Positions 24,941 through 49,822 of a stretch of 64,000 nucleotides of DNA are shown in pieces. The position numbers were made by a program, and so were the translations under genes. The first letter of the stretch is position 1. Each line of letters begins with the position of its first letter. The stretch comes from Zygnema circumcarinatum SAG 698-1b. Its lineage: Eukaryota; Plantae; Zygnematophyceae. Location of the stretch: assembly GCA_037447605.1 (NCBI GenBank), contig CM074821.1, positions 248,001-312,000 on the forward strand, in the 5' to 3' direction. The notes below the pieces were generated by a model, which was given only the letters and a program-made list of their open reading frames with translations, ran no database searches and was not told the DNA's origin.

Positions 24941-25607
24941 ATCCTACCATGGCATGGCATGGCATGGCGTGGCATGGCATTAATGCCCCACCCATGCCCG
25001 CCTCCCTCCACGGCCGTCACATCACGGCCTGTTTGCCCCCATGGCCATGCATCCCTTGCATGCCGCACATACGTTGATCCGTGCATCCATTTTTCTGTGA
25101 AGGCAAGAGGAGGTTATGTCCTTCCCAACCGCCTCAGCAGCCACAGCTCACAGCTCACAGCTCACAGCTCTCAGCTTTCTGCACGTCCCTAACTTTCAAT
25201 ACTCAGCGCTCAGCATTAAACACCTACCCACTCAGATCTTAGCTCTCAGCATATTCAGCACACTTCCGTGCATAAGTCTCGAGATCGGAGAGTGATGGAG
25301 TGATGGATCGAGAAGGAGAGCAATAAGGAGAGGGAGAGGGAGAAGGAGAGGGAGGGCGGAGAAAATGGGTTTGGAGAACGAGAGAAGCGCTCTTTTCTGG
25401 CGCCTTTTGTGCAGCAATGGCCGGCAATGACGAGCGTTTCTTGTAAAGGTAACAACTCAGGTGGGTTTCCGTCGGCCGAAGTTTCACTGCCAGGATGGGG
25501 AATCCCACACACCAGCTCAAGCCTTTTCCGACGTGGCGAGCTGTGATTGGTTCATGCGTCAGTGCAGGGTGAGGGGTTAGGCAGAGCGCTGGGGGGGCCC
25601 TCTTCCT

Positions 25608-27895
25608 ATGGCCAGATGCACACGTGGCGGCACGGCGGCCCTCCATGTGGCCCTCCTGCTTCTCTGCTGTTGGCGAGGGCCTTGCTATGGCTTCGTTGAA
25701 GGGGGCGATCGACAAGCAGACGAGTTAGGTGAGATGCGCTGCCTACCCTTGCAAGAAGCTCCGCCTCCCTCAGTAGTAAAATAGCTAAATTAGCTAAATT
25801 AGCTAAATTAGGTGGAGCTCAAGGGTCAGAATAGAGAGAACATAATCTTTTTAGGAAAGATTACCAAGGATTTGCCCATCTCCTGAGAATGCAGCAGTGG
25901 ATATCGCCGAAATCGCTCGCTTGGGAATCATGGCTCAAGAGGGACCGGTGATTTGGAAGGCGGTTCAGTACCCCGTGCATCTTCAGCTCCTCATTTATAA
26001 GGACAAGGGGAGCAGCTTAACCCTCGCTGGAGAGGCTCCTTCAGCATGCCTATTCAACGGCTCCGTTCGAACGACTGCCCTTAAAATACAAAATATCGGA
26101 AGTCTGATTTGCACCTTTCCCACGAGAGAAGTTCGCCTGCAACTTGCAGGGACCCCCGTGACAGTAGAGGTGCGAGGAGCTTTGGATCTCTCTCTCCCTC
26201 TCTCTCTCTCTCTCTCGCTCTTTCTCCCCCTCCCCCCTCTCCTCCTTCCCCTATATGTTAGAATGGAGTGTTAGTTGTTCTTCGGGAAGGAACAAGTGTG
26301 AGGAGGGGAAGAAGGAAAGACGAGAGCGAGGCAGAGGGAGAGGGGAAGGGAAGCAGTGTGGGAAAGGCTCAGATGTAGATGGAGAAGTCTGATACTTCAC
26401 CGCTACAGCAGCGATGCTTCTAATCAAGCCTCGATTAGCTTGCTGAAACTTTCGTTGTCGCATTCTTGTCAGACTACAACATAAGGCCGGAAAATCCTGA
26501 ACAGTTCAATTTTTTTATTCCAGTTGTGACTGATTCCTATAATCATTGATTTTTTTTAGAAATCTTCATCAAAACTTGGGTTTCCTCAGTCTGGCTTATG
26601 GATGATTGCAGATTAATGGGAGCGCTCTTCCAACTATCGCCACTTATCCCGGCATACAGAATTGGATACCTCTCGTTTACTCTGCCGTGAGTATTCAAAA
26701 CAGTCTCCTCCTCTTCGCCAAGGGAATCATTCCTGAGCATCCGTCGAATGACTCGATAGCGGACAGCGCCTGTGTGTACGGCGGAAGGCTGTCCACAAAA
26801 GTCACCAAAATGTGTGTAGAGAACATCCTTTGTGAGCTGCCCCCTGAAGGGGAAAGAGAGCAGTTTCGGGGTCAGCCTGTGGCATTGAACTTTTTAGGAA
26901 GGCAATATCCAACGGCTGTGCTGTACGATCCAGATCTGACTTCCACCGCCCTATCAGAGGAGGGTTTAGCGGAACTCCACAAAAGGGGAGTGCAAAAGTC
27001 GGTTTACCGCCATAAGGTGTGCGCCTGCGCCATGTTGTGGAACAGGGCGCGTCTACTTGCGGAGTGGGTGATCTACCACTCGTATTTGGGCGTGGGAAGG
27101 TTTTACATTTACGACAACAATAGTGACGACAACTTGGAGGAGGTGACAGACTCCCTCAGGCCGTACAACGTGACGAGACACCCATGGCCATGGCTGAAAA
27201 CGCACCAAGCCGGCTTCTCCCATTGCGCAGTTCGAGCACAGGAGGAGTGCGAGTGGATGCTTTTCATTGACGTGGATGAGTTTCTCTTACCGAAACGAAT
27301 ATTGGCAGATTTGAAGGCGAAAAGGAAATCTAAGTATAAGAAAAGGGGCCGAATGGTAGGCACCCTCATGGAGAACGTGATACGAGAAGGAAAGAAGCGA
27401 TACCGGAAGGGGAGAGTGGGTCGGTTTGGGTTTAAGTCTCATACATTTGGACCATCGGGATTGGCGAGTCTCCCTCCGTCAGGGCAGACAGTGAATTATA
27501 TATGCAGTGAGACTAAGCTAAGAAGTCAGAAGTCTCTAGTTTTGTTGAAAGCCATGGCTTTGCCTTACTGTGGTACCATCCATTTGTTTGACCTAAAGGA
27601 GGGGTACGAAGAGTATGTCTGGAAAGATGCAGTCTTCATCAATCATTACAAGTTTCAGGTGTGGGAGATTCAGAAACTGAAGTACTACCGCCGTGCAGGG
27701 ACATTCACCCAAAATTGGCGGAGGGATGGGTGTAAAACTCCCTTGGTTTCCTGTGAGAGAGATTCGGCTTGGGAGCCCAAAATGCCTTTGGACTGGAAGG
27801 ACGGCCACTGCCAAGTAAAGGACAGGTTTTTACAGACATTCGTTTCGCGCACTTTTCGCCGAAAAAATGGAAAATTAGTGTGGGAAGGAGTGTAG
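25608..27895 (+). CDS. Glycosyltransferase family 92 (DUF23) protein, paralog 2. Exons 25608-25728, 25895-26169, 26612-27895
   Basis: Exons 1 and 2 have the same lengths as paralog 1 (121 and 275 nt) and the same GT92 motifs (YDNNSDD, FIDVDEF, INHYKFQVW). Confidence 0.92.
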
Positions 27896-28520
27896 AGGGG
27901 GGTGCGCTTCACGATAGCATAGAATTAGGATTCGTTGATTTCATCCTAATAATTATTTTATTGATTTTTTTATTGATTTTTTTATTGATTTATTACACAT
28001 TGGTACAGAGGGATGTGGCATGTGTGTATTGGTCCATTCACTGTCAATGCGCAAAGTGGGTCCTTGCCGCTTATGGGATGTGCAGAAGGTCCATGCATGC
28101 ATCATGCGGCCCTTGGACCACAAAGGTGGAACATGCATCCATGCATCATGGTGTGCATCATGCATTGTTCAACACCAAAGTGAACTTCTTCCAAACTCGA
28201 CCATGTAGAAAACCGGACTGACTGCAAAAGTTAAACGGCCGAAAACAGAATTGCAAACAGCGCTGGAAGCTGAACAGGAAACGTAACTACAAACTGAACT
28301 GCGAACAGAACAGAAGGCACATCAGGAAGCGTGACTTGAAACTGGCTGTGAACATAACTGAGAGCAGAACAGGAAGCGGAAGTAGAAACTGGCCTGCAAA
28401 AGAACGCTGCGTTTCCCTGTTCGAGCGTGATTTCTGAAAATATCGGAGCGCTGTTCGCAGGGACTGCGCCACGTGGCGAGCAAGATCCTCCAAGAAGCGG
28501 GGAAAGCAAACGTCGCACAA

Positions 28521-28738
28521 GAGCGTCGCATGAACGTCGCATGGAGCGAAAAGCCAATCATCGGGTTCGCGTGGGCACCAATCGTCGCACCATGTCGCAC
28601 GATGTCGCACGTTTTTGCAGGCGTTCCTGCAGCTCTGAATTGGGGATGCAGAAAAGACTCCAGTTGAAAACGTCGCATGGTTTTCGCACTCAGTCGCAAA
28701 ATTGGGATTATGTCGCATAAGGTCGCATAGCGTCGCAC
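28521..28738. repeat. Cluster of about 10 GTCGCA motifs immediately upstream of the phosphorylase ATG
   Basis: cgtcgcac, cgtcgcat, tgtcgcac, agtcgcaa, ggtcgcat etc., irregularly spaced, ending about 80 bp before ATG 28817. Confidence 0.8.
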
Positions 28739-28816
28739 CCTCTGCAGGAAGCAGTACGGAGTACAGCCATGGTTGCCGTGCTTCTTGCTGCATGCTGAAG
28801 GCTTCGTCTTGCCGCC

Positions 28817-37275
<8,459 letters not shown>

Positions 37276-38368
37276 ACACAGAGGTTTCGACCTTCCACTT
37301 CCCGTACACCGCGCGGAAAATCTGTTCGCACCTGCGACTGGGTACAGGAGACCAAGACGGGTCACATAGGGACCGTAACGGATCACATAGGAACATGGGT
37401 AGTCACATAGAACCGTGGAGCACGTAATCCCGCTTGTTCAAGCTGCAGATTCGCAGCTGTTCAGCAGAGGAATATGTAGAGGCAGCCACAGCCGATCTGC
37501 TGTCTGAATAGGGTTCATTGGCAAGCCCTAGAAGGCTTCAAGATGTATTTTCCAAAAATGCGCCGGGTATCGTAGCACTAGTTTTTGGCTGACTACTCAA
37601 GAGTTTTGAAATTGTTCGATGTTTTTTCCTATGAATAAAATAGGCAAGTTTCCTATAAGTTCATTGTGCTTGCTTATTTGGTATTTCTTGTTTACTTTTT
37701 ATTTCTCGTTTCATTCCTTAACCATTTTCTCTGTCGCAAGACTCTGGTATATGGTCACCCACATTCCCACCCAAAAAAAAAAGAAATAAGAAACCCAATC
37801 ACCAATATCTCCACAAATTCTCTTCAGATCTTCTTATCGATTATCAACTTTTCGCTAAAACAAGAGTTCTACAGGGACAATCGACTTCCAACGAAGGCCT
37901 TTCGAAGACATATCACAAGGTGCCAGCTCTCTTTTGTTTTCGTTTTGTTTTATTTTTATTACTACTGTTATTTCTACTCGTACATTACATTTCAAACACC
38001 TCTCGCGTTCTAAACTGCAAAAACAGCTTGCCGTACGGCAATTCAAATACATGCAGTACACACTTTAGGCCTGCAAGTAAGCGGCCCTTCTCTCCCTCTC
38101 CCACGCCTCCCCTCGCTGTTCTTCCCCTCCCACTCTCTCCCTCTCCACCTCTAGCCCCCCCCCCCCCCCCCCCTCCCCCCACCACAGCCCTTACAACCCA
38201 CCCCTTCCTCTTTCTCGCCTTTATCTCACTCCCTCTCCCTCTCCCTCTCCCTCCTTCGCGTACTCCCATTTCTGTGAGTTTGGTCACTGGTCGAGCAAGC
38301 GACTTTCCTTCACTTCTGAAGCCATGTCCGAAGTATAGGGGGGAGGGGAGCATGGTTGAGGGAACGAA

Positions 38369-41300
38369 TCAAGAGTGGGAAACTTCCTCGAGGCAGAACA
38401 GCGCAAGCCCTGCCAAGAAAAAAATGCCAATAAAGAAACAACAACCGCAGACTTTTAACTTTTGCATGATATTGACTGAATGCAGGGCCACAATTTTCTA
38501 GAAAATTATGTAGAAAAGGGTATTGAATTCTGTACTTTTCTGCAGAGGAAAAGTAGACCCGCTGCCTAAGCAGTAAAAGTTTTGAGTTCATATCCGCAAC
38601 GAGGAATGCTAAGATTGCAACACCCTAATAACACAAAAGCAGAAACTGTGATTTGTGGTCACTTTTCCGCTGGAGGAAACTAGCCTTGGTCCTATTTTGT
38701 TTGAGCTTATGCATAGGCTTCTGAGCCACTTTCAGCTCAAGAGGAATTTTTAGCCAGTATCCTCTTTATAACCTTTTTCAATTGTTTTTTTTTTTTTTTT
38801 CTTTATGTATGGACCTCATGCGGAAATAGTCCAAAGACAAAATCAGTACCAATAGAAAGGAGCAGCATGCTCGTCCAGAGGAGAGAGGAGGACCATAGCA
38901 GAGCGGGGCAGTAGCTCTCCCGCAGACCCTTCACTATGACATTGACCGGCTCGCATTGAAGGAGTTGCTGAAGGGGCGGCACCGCCTCTACCACTTCCAG
39001 TATGGCGGTGGCCTTAGTGCTCAGCTCCGCCGAGGACAACCCTAAAAGGTTGACAATCTGCGAGCCTGACTGTTCTAGTTGGCTGTATGTGCGGGTAAGG
39101 AGAGGGGAGAGGGGAGAGGGGAGAGGGGNNNNNNNNNNAGGGGAGAGGGGAGAGGGGAGAGGGGAGAGGGGAGAGGGAGGAGAAGGAGACGAAGGGAGAA
39201 AGAGTAGGAGGAGGAGAAAAGGGAGATAAGGGTAGGAGAAGGACAAGGAGAAGGAGGACGCGAACGAGAAGGAGAAAATAAAGAGGGGAGAAGGAACAAG
39301 AGGGAGAAAAAAGAGGAGGGGAGGAAGAGACATAAAAAAATGTGCCATTCAATTATTGGAACAACTGTACAAATCGACGAGCGATAAGTAAGTGACCGTT
39401 GAGTTAAAAAGGTGCGGACCTAACATATGAGGGCTCCTTGCCTTACCACCTCCAGATCTCACTTTCAGATGGTTTAATATGTACAACCAGTTTTCTCCAA
39501 GGACCGAAGAAGCAGAATGAAAAGTTAACCAACAAGACTACCCACCGATAAAACTCGATGAAATGTGGAACGAAGTTTTGAATATTTTCGCATGGAGGCG
39601 CAGTTGGCGGCGCAACATCCGGAAAGGGATTGCACAAAGGTGGAGGGGGTTTTGGGCTCCCTTGGCCTCCGATCTAATGCAGCATGGCGGGAAAATAAGA
39701 GTCCGGGATGATTCAGAATTTCAATTCCGGTTTCGATTCCGGTCCGACCAGTTTCAAAAGCTAAGATTTTAGATTCACTGCCGGCTCTTTCTTTCACCAA
39801 ATGATGATGAAAAAGGCACCGGAACACCTCAAAACGAGGCCAGAATGCGACATGTACATGCACCATGTACGGAAATATGTAAGGAATTAAAGAGTGATGT
39901 GTAATATGTAATGCAATATAATGAAATGTAGTATGTAAGGAATAATGTGTGATTTCACCAGTGGAAGGAGGCCGTTTATTTGAGATGCAAAGCCGGCAAC
40001 CGAACGCTTGGCTTCTTCAAGACGAGGCTGCTCTCGAGAAAGTCGTTCACAAGGCAGCACTCTATTAAGGGTGCTGTGTTGAGGAGTCTGCAAAACCACG
40101 ATGCAATACCAGATATAGTATGAGTTTCCAACTAGCTTTCGAAAGAGATACATAGCAAAACCATTGCAGGTCCCACCTTATATCTTTTTTTGGCTTGCAC
40201 AGACATGATTGTTGATTTTCTTTTCTCTATTACATCCGATTGTTATTGGATATACCTCAACATACTCGCTCACGAGTGCGCAGGCTTGGTGAAAAAGCCG
40301 ATCCTCCGTATAGGTAATGCCGGTCCAAACCAAGAGGCAGAAAGTGAGTAGCCATATTATGGGTATCAAGAAAGAGAGGAGACTTCGACTTCCAGATAAA
40401 GCTCCCAAAAGAGCAGATAAAGTGAGGAGGGCAGTCAACGAGAGGATAATGTAAGTGATGATCCGAATCACTTGCACTGCTTTCAGAGCAGGCTCCACAT
40501 ATCGCCTCTCAATGCGAGATATTTTGTCGGCCTCACTATTAAGTTTTTCAGAAGCATTGCCGAGTAAGGAAGCGTCCTTCTGCAGGTCGCCTATGCTGAT
40601 TCCCTGCCATATGAAGGGTAAGAGAATTTTGCATTGAAAGGATTGTGGGATCAGACAACATGCCTCCAGACGCTTCAGGGCAACTCAAAATGTAAGAAAA
40701 GAGGGTATATATTGCAACTTTGGGAGCATCTTTGCATTTTGAAAAGAGCACAACTCCTTTTCCATTCCAAGGCAGTAAGAATGTTGTCATACAAAGTGTG
40801 CATATGCGCTGGCTTTGATAAAAAAAATGTAAGTACATGAACGATGCTCATTAACAGCTCTCATCGATTCAAGGGAAAACTACGGATGTGTTCTACCTTG
40901 CAGCTGCTTCATCAATTGACTATATCAGGTCTGATGCAGACGAATACATGATAGGTTATTTTCTCTCTCGTTCTCTCTCCCTCGCTCTCCTCCCCCTCCC
41001 TCCACGAAAGCAGTCAAAGTTCACAGTTCAAAGCGTGAAGGCATCAATTGAAATGTCGAAAGCAAGCCAAGTACAAGACAGCAGACAGACTATTTAGGCG
41101 TACAAAAGGCAGACATAGAAAAAACCATTCATTCAAGAAATCGAATTTAGCCATAGAGCTCTTATTGATCAGTTCAAAGTCTAAACTCTCACCAAAAGGT
41201 TCGAATAGCTTGCATAATCCTCAGGATAGCATCCAACATAGCATATCGCCATCCATAGCATTCATAGCTTCAAATAAAGCAGCAGCAGTAGATAACTTGC

Positions 41301-41681
41301 CTGCAAAGCTGACGATCCTCTCATCAAGACTGCAGAAATATTTTTCGCTTCATCCACAGCGCCTTTCAGATTCATTGAAGTAAAACGCAATGCATCTCTA
41401 GCTTCACTGTGCAATTTCTCATTGGCACCAAAACCGAGTCCAAGCCCAAAAACTGTCAGCGCGATCACCAAAACCAGCAGGCAAGACAAAAGTCCGCCCC
41501 GGCGCTGCTTTGCAATATTGAAGCCATAGCGCTTTTTACGTCTGAAAATGAAGAGGCAGCAGACCAGCAGGCCTGCAAGTAGCCATACCACCGCCAATAT
41601 GTATCCCCATATTCCTGAAAGAATCACACTCGTCACATAGCTCTGAAGGCTCCTTGGTGACGTCTCCGGAGCCGAAGCCAT
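38369..41681 (-). CDS. Plant Tweety-like multipass membrane protein (At5g67550/At1g71110-like family). Exons ~41681-41301, 40603-40256, 40086-39958, ~39673-39549, ~39083-38851, ~38409-38369; a further 5' exon near 42030-42200 is possible
   Basis: TM segments SYVTSVILSGIWGYILAVVWLLAGLL and LLSCLLVLVIALTVFGLGLGFGANEK; then LLTFCLLVWTGITY...QACALVSEYVE|TPQHSTLNRVLPC, PPPLCNPF and LLQCEPV...YCPALLWSSSLLWTSMLLLSIG. The Cys pattern and TM order match the family and splice phases are consistent. Confidence 0.8.
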
Positions 41682-42991
41682 GGCTGGTTAAGAGGGCGGC
41701 GCAGATGGCTTTGTGGAGAGTCCTGAAACAACAATTTATTGTTTAGTTGGTTTGCGTTTTAGACCATAGTATGCTTCATTTCCCCGCCGCTAAATAAACA
41801 CTCATAAGCATGTTATTACTTTTTGAAAATATCAACTTTTCTGCCTTAAAAAAGCCAAACAGCAAGATAGACATTCGTCAAGCCTTCCAAATAACTTCCA
41901 CAAAGCCTTTACCAACAAAAAAATAACCCGAAATAACATAAAGAAAGAGTTCTGCATCGGATATTCTCAGAGTCACTTACCGCCTCCTCTCTAAAAGAGT
42001 CAACCCACGCACAGAAAGGACTTCACTCACCTTCCACATCCTCGCGCATCACACGTGTGAAGAGCATCAATGGAGGCGCCATTTGGCGCAGCCATGGCGT
42101 ATCCACCTGTCGCGCCAGGAACCTTCCTCGCCATGGTCTGCATGGCCGGCGGCATGCAGAGCTGCGGCTCCTGCACTAACCAAAAAAAGCATGGTTCTAT
42201 TTTCAAATGGAGGCCTCGTTACATCCCGAAAGGACGTTCCAGACTACCGGTAGAAAGTTCCATGCTTTCCGAATTCGAAGTCAGTACAGGATTCTTGCGA
42301 AATAGGTAACAAAAGCGGGATGCGAAGTACTTACTTCAGAAAAAGTTCTGGATCGATTCTGCCTAAAGTCTGTAACTCACTGACAATCGTTGAGAACTCG
42401 AGAATTTAGGGTTAGCACTTGAAGCTTGAACATTGTATTGTTCTAAGACTTAGAAAATTGCAATCAATTTTAAGCTTCTTTCCTTTGGTTGTAGTTTGCA
42501 TGCGCAGCTTGGCAAGTAGGCAGTAGCTCGAAACTGGTTATTCCAATCGATTTCATTGAAAATTTCAGGTATTCAGGCGCACAATAGGAGTGGTCAGACA
42601 TTGACCATGGCCAATTCAATTTTTTTTTTTCTTTTTTTTTTTCAATTTTTTTTCAATTTTTTTTCAGCGGTAGCCAGCCCTTTTAGGGTTCACAGGCAAA
42701 TCGACTTGAATTAGGCATGCGAGAGCACGGCCTTTACATCAGAGAAACTTCCTCCTAAAAACAAGGGAACAAAAGAGGGACAGTGGGGCGTGTTGAACGC
42801 AGTTTAAAAAAAAAAAAAACTGACTAATAGACGCCATACTCTCTCAAGAACAAAAAAACAAGGAAATGAAAAAAGGAAAAGTTTTTTTCTCTGTTTTTAT
42901 TCAAAATATGCTCTGGTCACATGCACTCGCACCGCGAGTTTATTTCTGCTTCAGGCCTTACTGCACGTACTCGAATCTGAAAAGAGGTGCT

Positions 42992-43026
<35 letters not shown>

Positions 43027-43622
43027 CTCTCCTCTCTCTCTCCCACTCTCCTCTCTCCTCTCTCTCTCCCCCTCTCCTCTCTCCCCCTCTCCTCTCTCTC
43101 TCTCTCCTTTCACTCTCTCCATGTATCTCTGCTTTTCACATTATCTGTACAGTTGAACCCTACGGCGACTTATTGCGAGCTTAGCAACGCGGCCTTCAGA
43201 GCAGCTCTCGACCACTCTCTCCCTACCGACCGAGTCAAAGCTTCGCCAGCTTTACCCAACTCTTCACTACCCCTCCCGTACGTATTTACTCACCAAATAT
43301 AGAGCTAATGGCCAGGCATTGCCCGGTCGTGCATACTCAAAATCTGCTCTGCATAGATCTCCTCTATTTAAAGTTACAGCCTCGTTAAAGAGATCCCCTC
43401 CGTCACCCACAACTGAGAATGTTGCGCTATATGGAAGCATCCGTAAACCAGTACAGTGTCAGTACTCCGTCGAGATTAGGGTTTCCTCAGAAAGACCTTT
43501 CTCTCACTTTCAGTCTCTCTCTCTCTCTCTCTCTCCCCGAAAAAAAGCTCCTCAATTCCGTGTTCCCAATCCGAAAACCTTTTTAGGGTTTCGGATTTTG
43601 AGTTTTTCCAGCCAAACCAAAA

Positions 43623-47893
<4,271 letters not shown>

Positions 47894-49101
47894 GTGCAGG
47901 GGATCCACCACACAGCTATGTGGCCAAAATGTGAATTTTGAAGAGTGGGTCGACCGTTAAACTGTCAATGGTACACGGGGAAACCAACAACGCCGTCTAT
48001 GGGGATACCCAGAACTGTTATATGATTATGTGATAAATATGATTGATGAAGGCTCTTTGTAACCTGTAAGGGAGGGGAGGGGACGGGAGGCGAGGGCAAG
48101 GGGGATGGGGAGGGGGATGGAAACAAAGTGGCAGAAAGATAGATAGAGAGTCAGAAGGCATAGAGGGCAGAGGCACGAGACATACCTCCCTCCTCTGTCA
48201 GCCAGTCTCCTCCCCCCTTCTGCCTCTCACTACTCTCTCCAGCGTGCAACGCTGCAGGCCGCACCATCCTCCGTCCGTCTGGCCTCTTCATGGGCTCTGT
48301 CGAGTCTTTGTCTCTCTCTCTTTCCAAACTACCTCCCTCTCCCTCTCCGCCCCCTCCTTTCCTCGTCTCTCCGTTTCCCTCACCCTCGTTCCCTCCCTTA
48401 TCCCTCGTCTCTATCCACCATTCCCGCTCCCCATCTCCCCTCCTTCCGTCTCCTGCAGAATTTGTTCCTTCCCTCCCTCCCTTCCCTCCCCTCCCTTCCC
48501 TTCTCCCTCTCCACTCCCTCTCCCGTCACGCGGTCCTTTCCACCACCTTCAAAAGCCACTCCTTCCTCGAGCGTCCCACGCCAATTATCATTCCTTTGCC
48601 ATTTCCTCCTCCTCCTTCCCCACCATTACCTCTCCTTCTCCTATCCTTTACCCTCCTCCTTCTCTTCTCACGCCCTCCCCACTCCCTTTACCCTCTCAGA
48701 CCCGCCCCCTAACCCCCTCCCCTCCTTCAATGTCTCTCTCCCTCCCTCCCTATCTCCCTCCCCTCCTCTCCCCTCCCCTCCCCTCCCCTCCCTCTCTCTC
48801 CCTCACCTCCAGGCAGCCTCCATTTTCTGCTCTCCCATCGTCCCGCTCCCTTATTTCCCCTTGCGCCCTCTCCCGCGTGACATGTGTCACGCTCTTGGAT
48901 CCTCGTGACTCCTGTCACGAACGCACAGTATGACAGTACTGGGCACTGTAGCAGCACGTGACACCTGTCACGCGTCACCGCCGTCTGATTGTACGAAACA
49001 AACCAAAAGTCCTCCTTCCAAATTTTTCTTTTTTTGTTTTTTCTGTGTAACTAACTCGTCGGAAAACTTCGCAGGTCGGACCGTTGGATCAACCATTTTT
49101 G

Positions 49102-49310
49102 GCAACGGTTGGGGGTTCCAATTGTCGCAACCATTGGTTGGCAACGGTTGGAGGATCCAATTGTCGCAACCATTGGATGGCAATGGTCATCCAATGGTTG
49201 GAAAATCCAATTGTCACAACCGTTAAATGGCAACGGTTGGACGATCTAATTGTCTCAACCATTGGATGGCAATGGTTGGACGATCCAATTGTCGCAACCA
49301 TTGCTATCCA
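49102..49310. repeat. 39-bp tandem repeat, 5 units (consensus gcaacggttggacgatccaattgtcgcaaccattggatg)
   Basis: Unit starts at 49102, 49141, 49180, 49230 and 49269 (spacing 39/39/50/39; unit 3 carries an 11-bp insertion). Confidence 0.9.
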
Positions 49311-49749
49311 ATGGTTGATCTAACGGTTGTCCATCCCGTGATTCCCTTTGGGCCAAAGGGGGCGCTGAGTACCCCAATCTACCGTATGCTCAAAACCTGC
49401 AACCTGGTTTCAGGGAATGGATGGCGTCATTTTGTTGAACCCCTGACGCAGTATGGCCGTACTCTCTTCTGTCATTTAGGGATGCTGACAAAACCACTGA
49501 CGTATGCCGCGCAGTACCGCCAAGGCGAACTGCGACCAAAAGTCCGAGGCCTCTCCAGTGCGTCACGCCTGTCACAGGCCGACGGCACTCCCACAACAAG
49601 GGACACCGTCACACTGCCTGGCCGGCTCCTCCGGCCAATGAGGACTCGTCACGTAGGCACTTGGTACACGTGGCGTAACGACATTGGAAGATGCCCGACT
49701 ATTAGTTCGGCAATATGTCGGTGGGCAAGAACCCATTTGCGCCCAGTTA

Positions 49750-49822
49750 GTTCTTCGTGGTTCCCCACAATGCTGATTTTGTCCATGGACCTTTAATGGC
49801 ATCGTGGGACCAGTGCCACTCC
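49750..49822 (+). repeat. Dispersed ~95-bp repeat family, copy G (hairpin collapsed by deletion)
   Basis: ttcttcgtggttccccacaatgctgattttgtccatggacctttaatggcatcgtgggaccagtgccactcc. Confidence 0.8.

Noticed and set aside
42030-42230. Extra coding first exon for the Tweety-like gene
   Set aside because: A good donor exists (AAG|gtgagt, ~42030), but the next exon has an in-frame stop before MASAPET, so it is more likely 5' UTR. Left unresolved.
49102-49310. CRISPR-like array
   Set aside because: The units are directly tandem with no unique spacers, no cas genes are present, and the context is eukaryotic.
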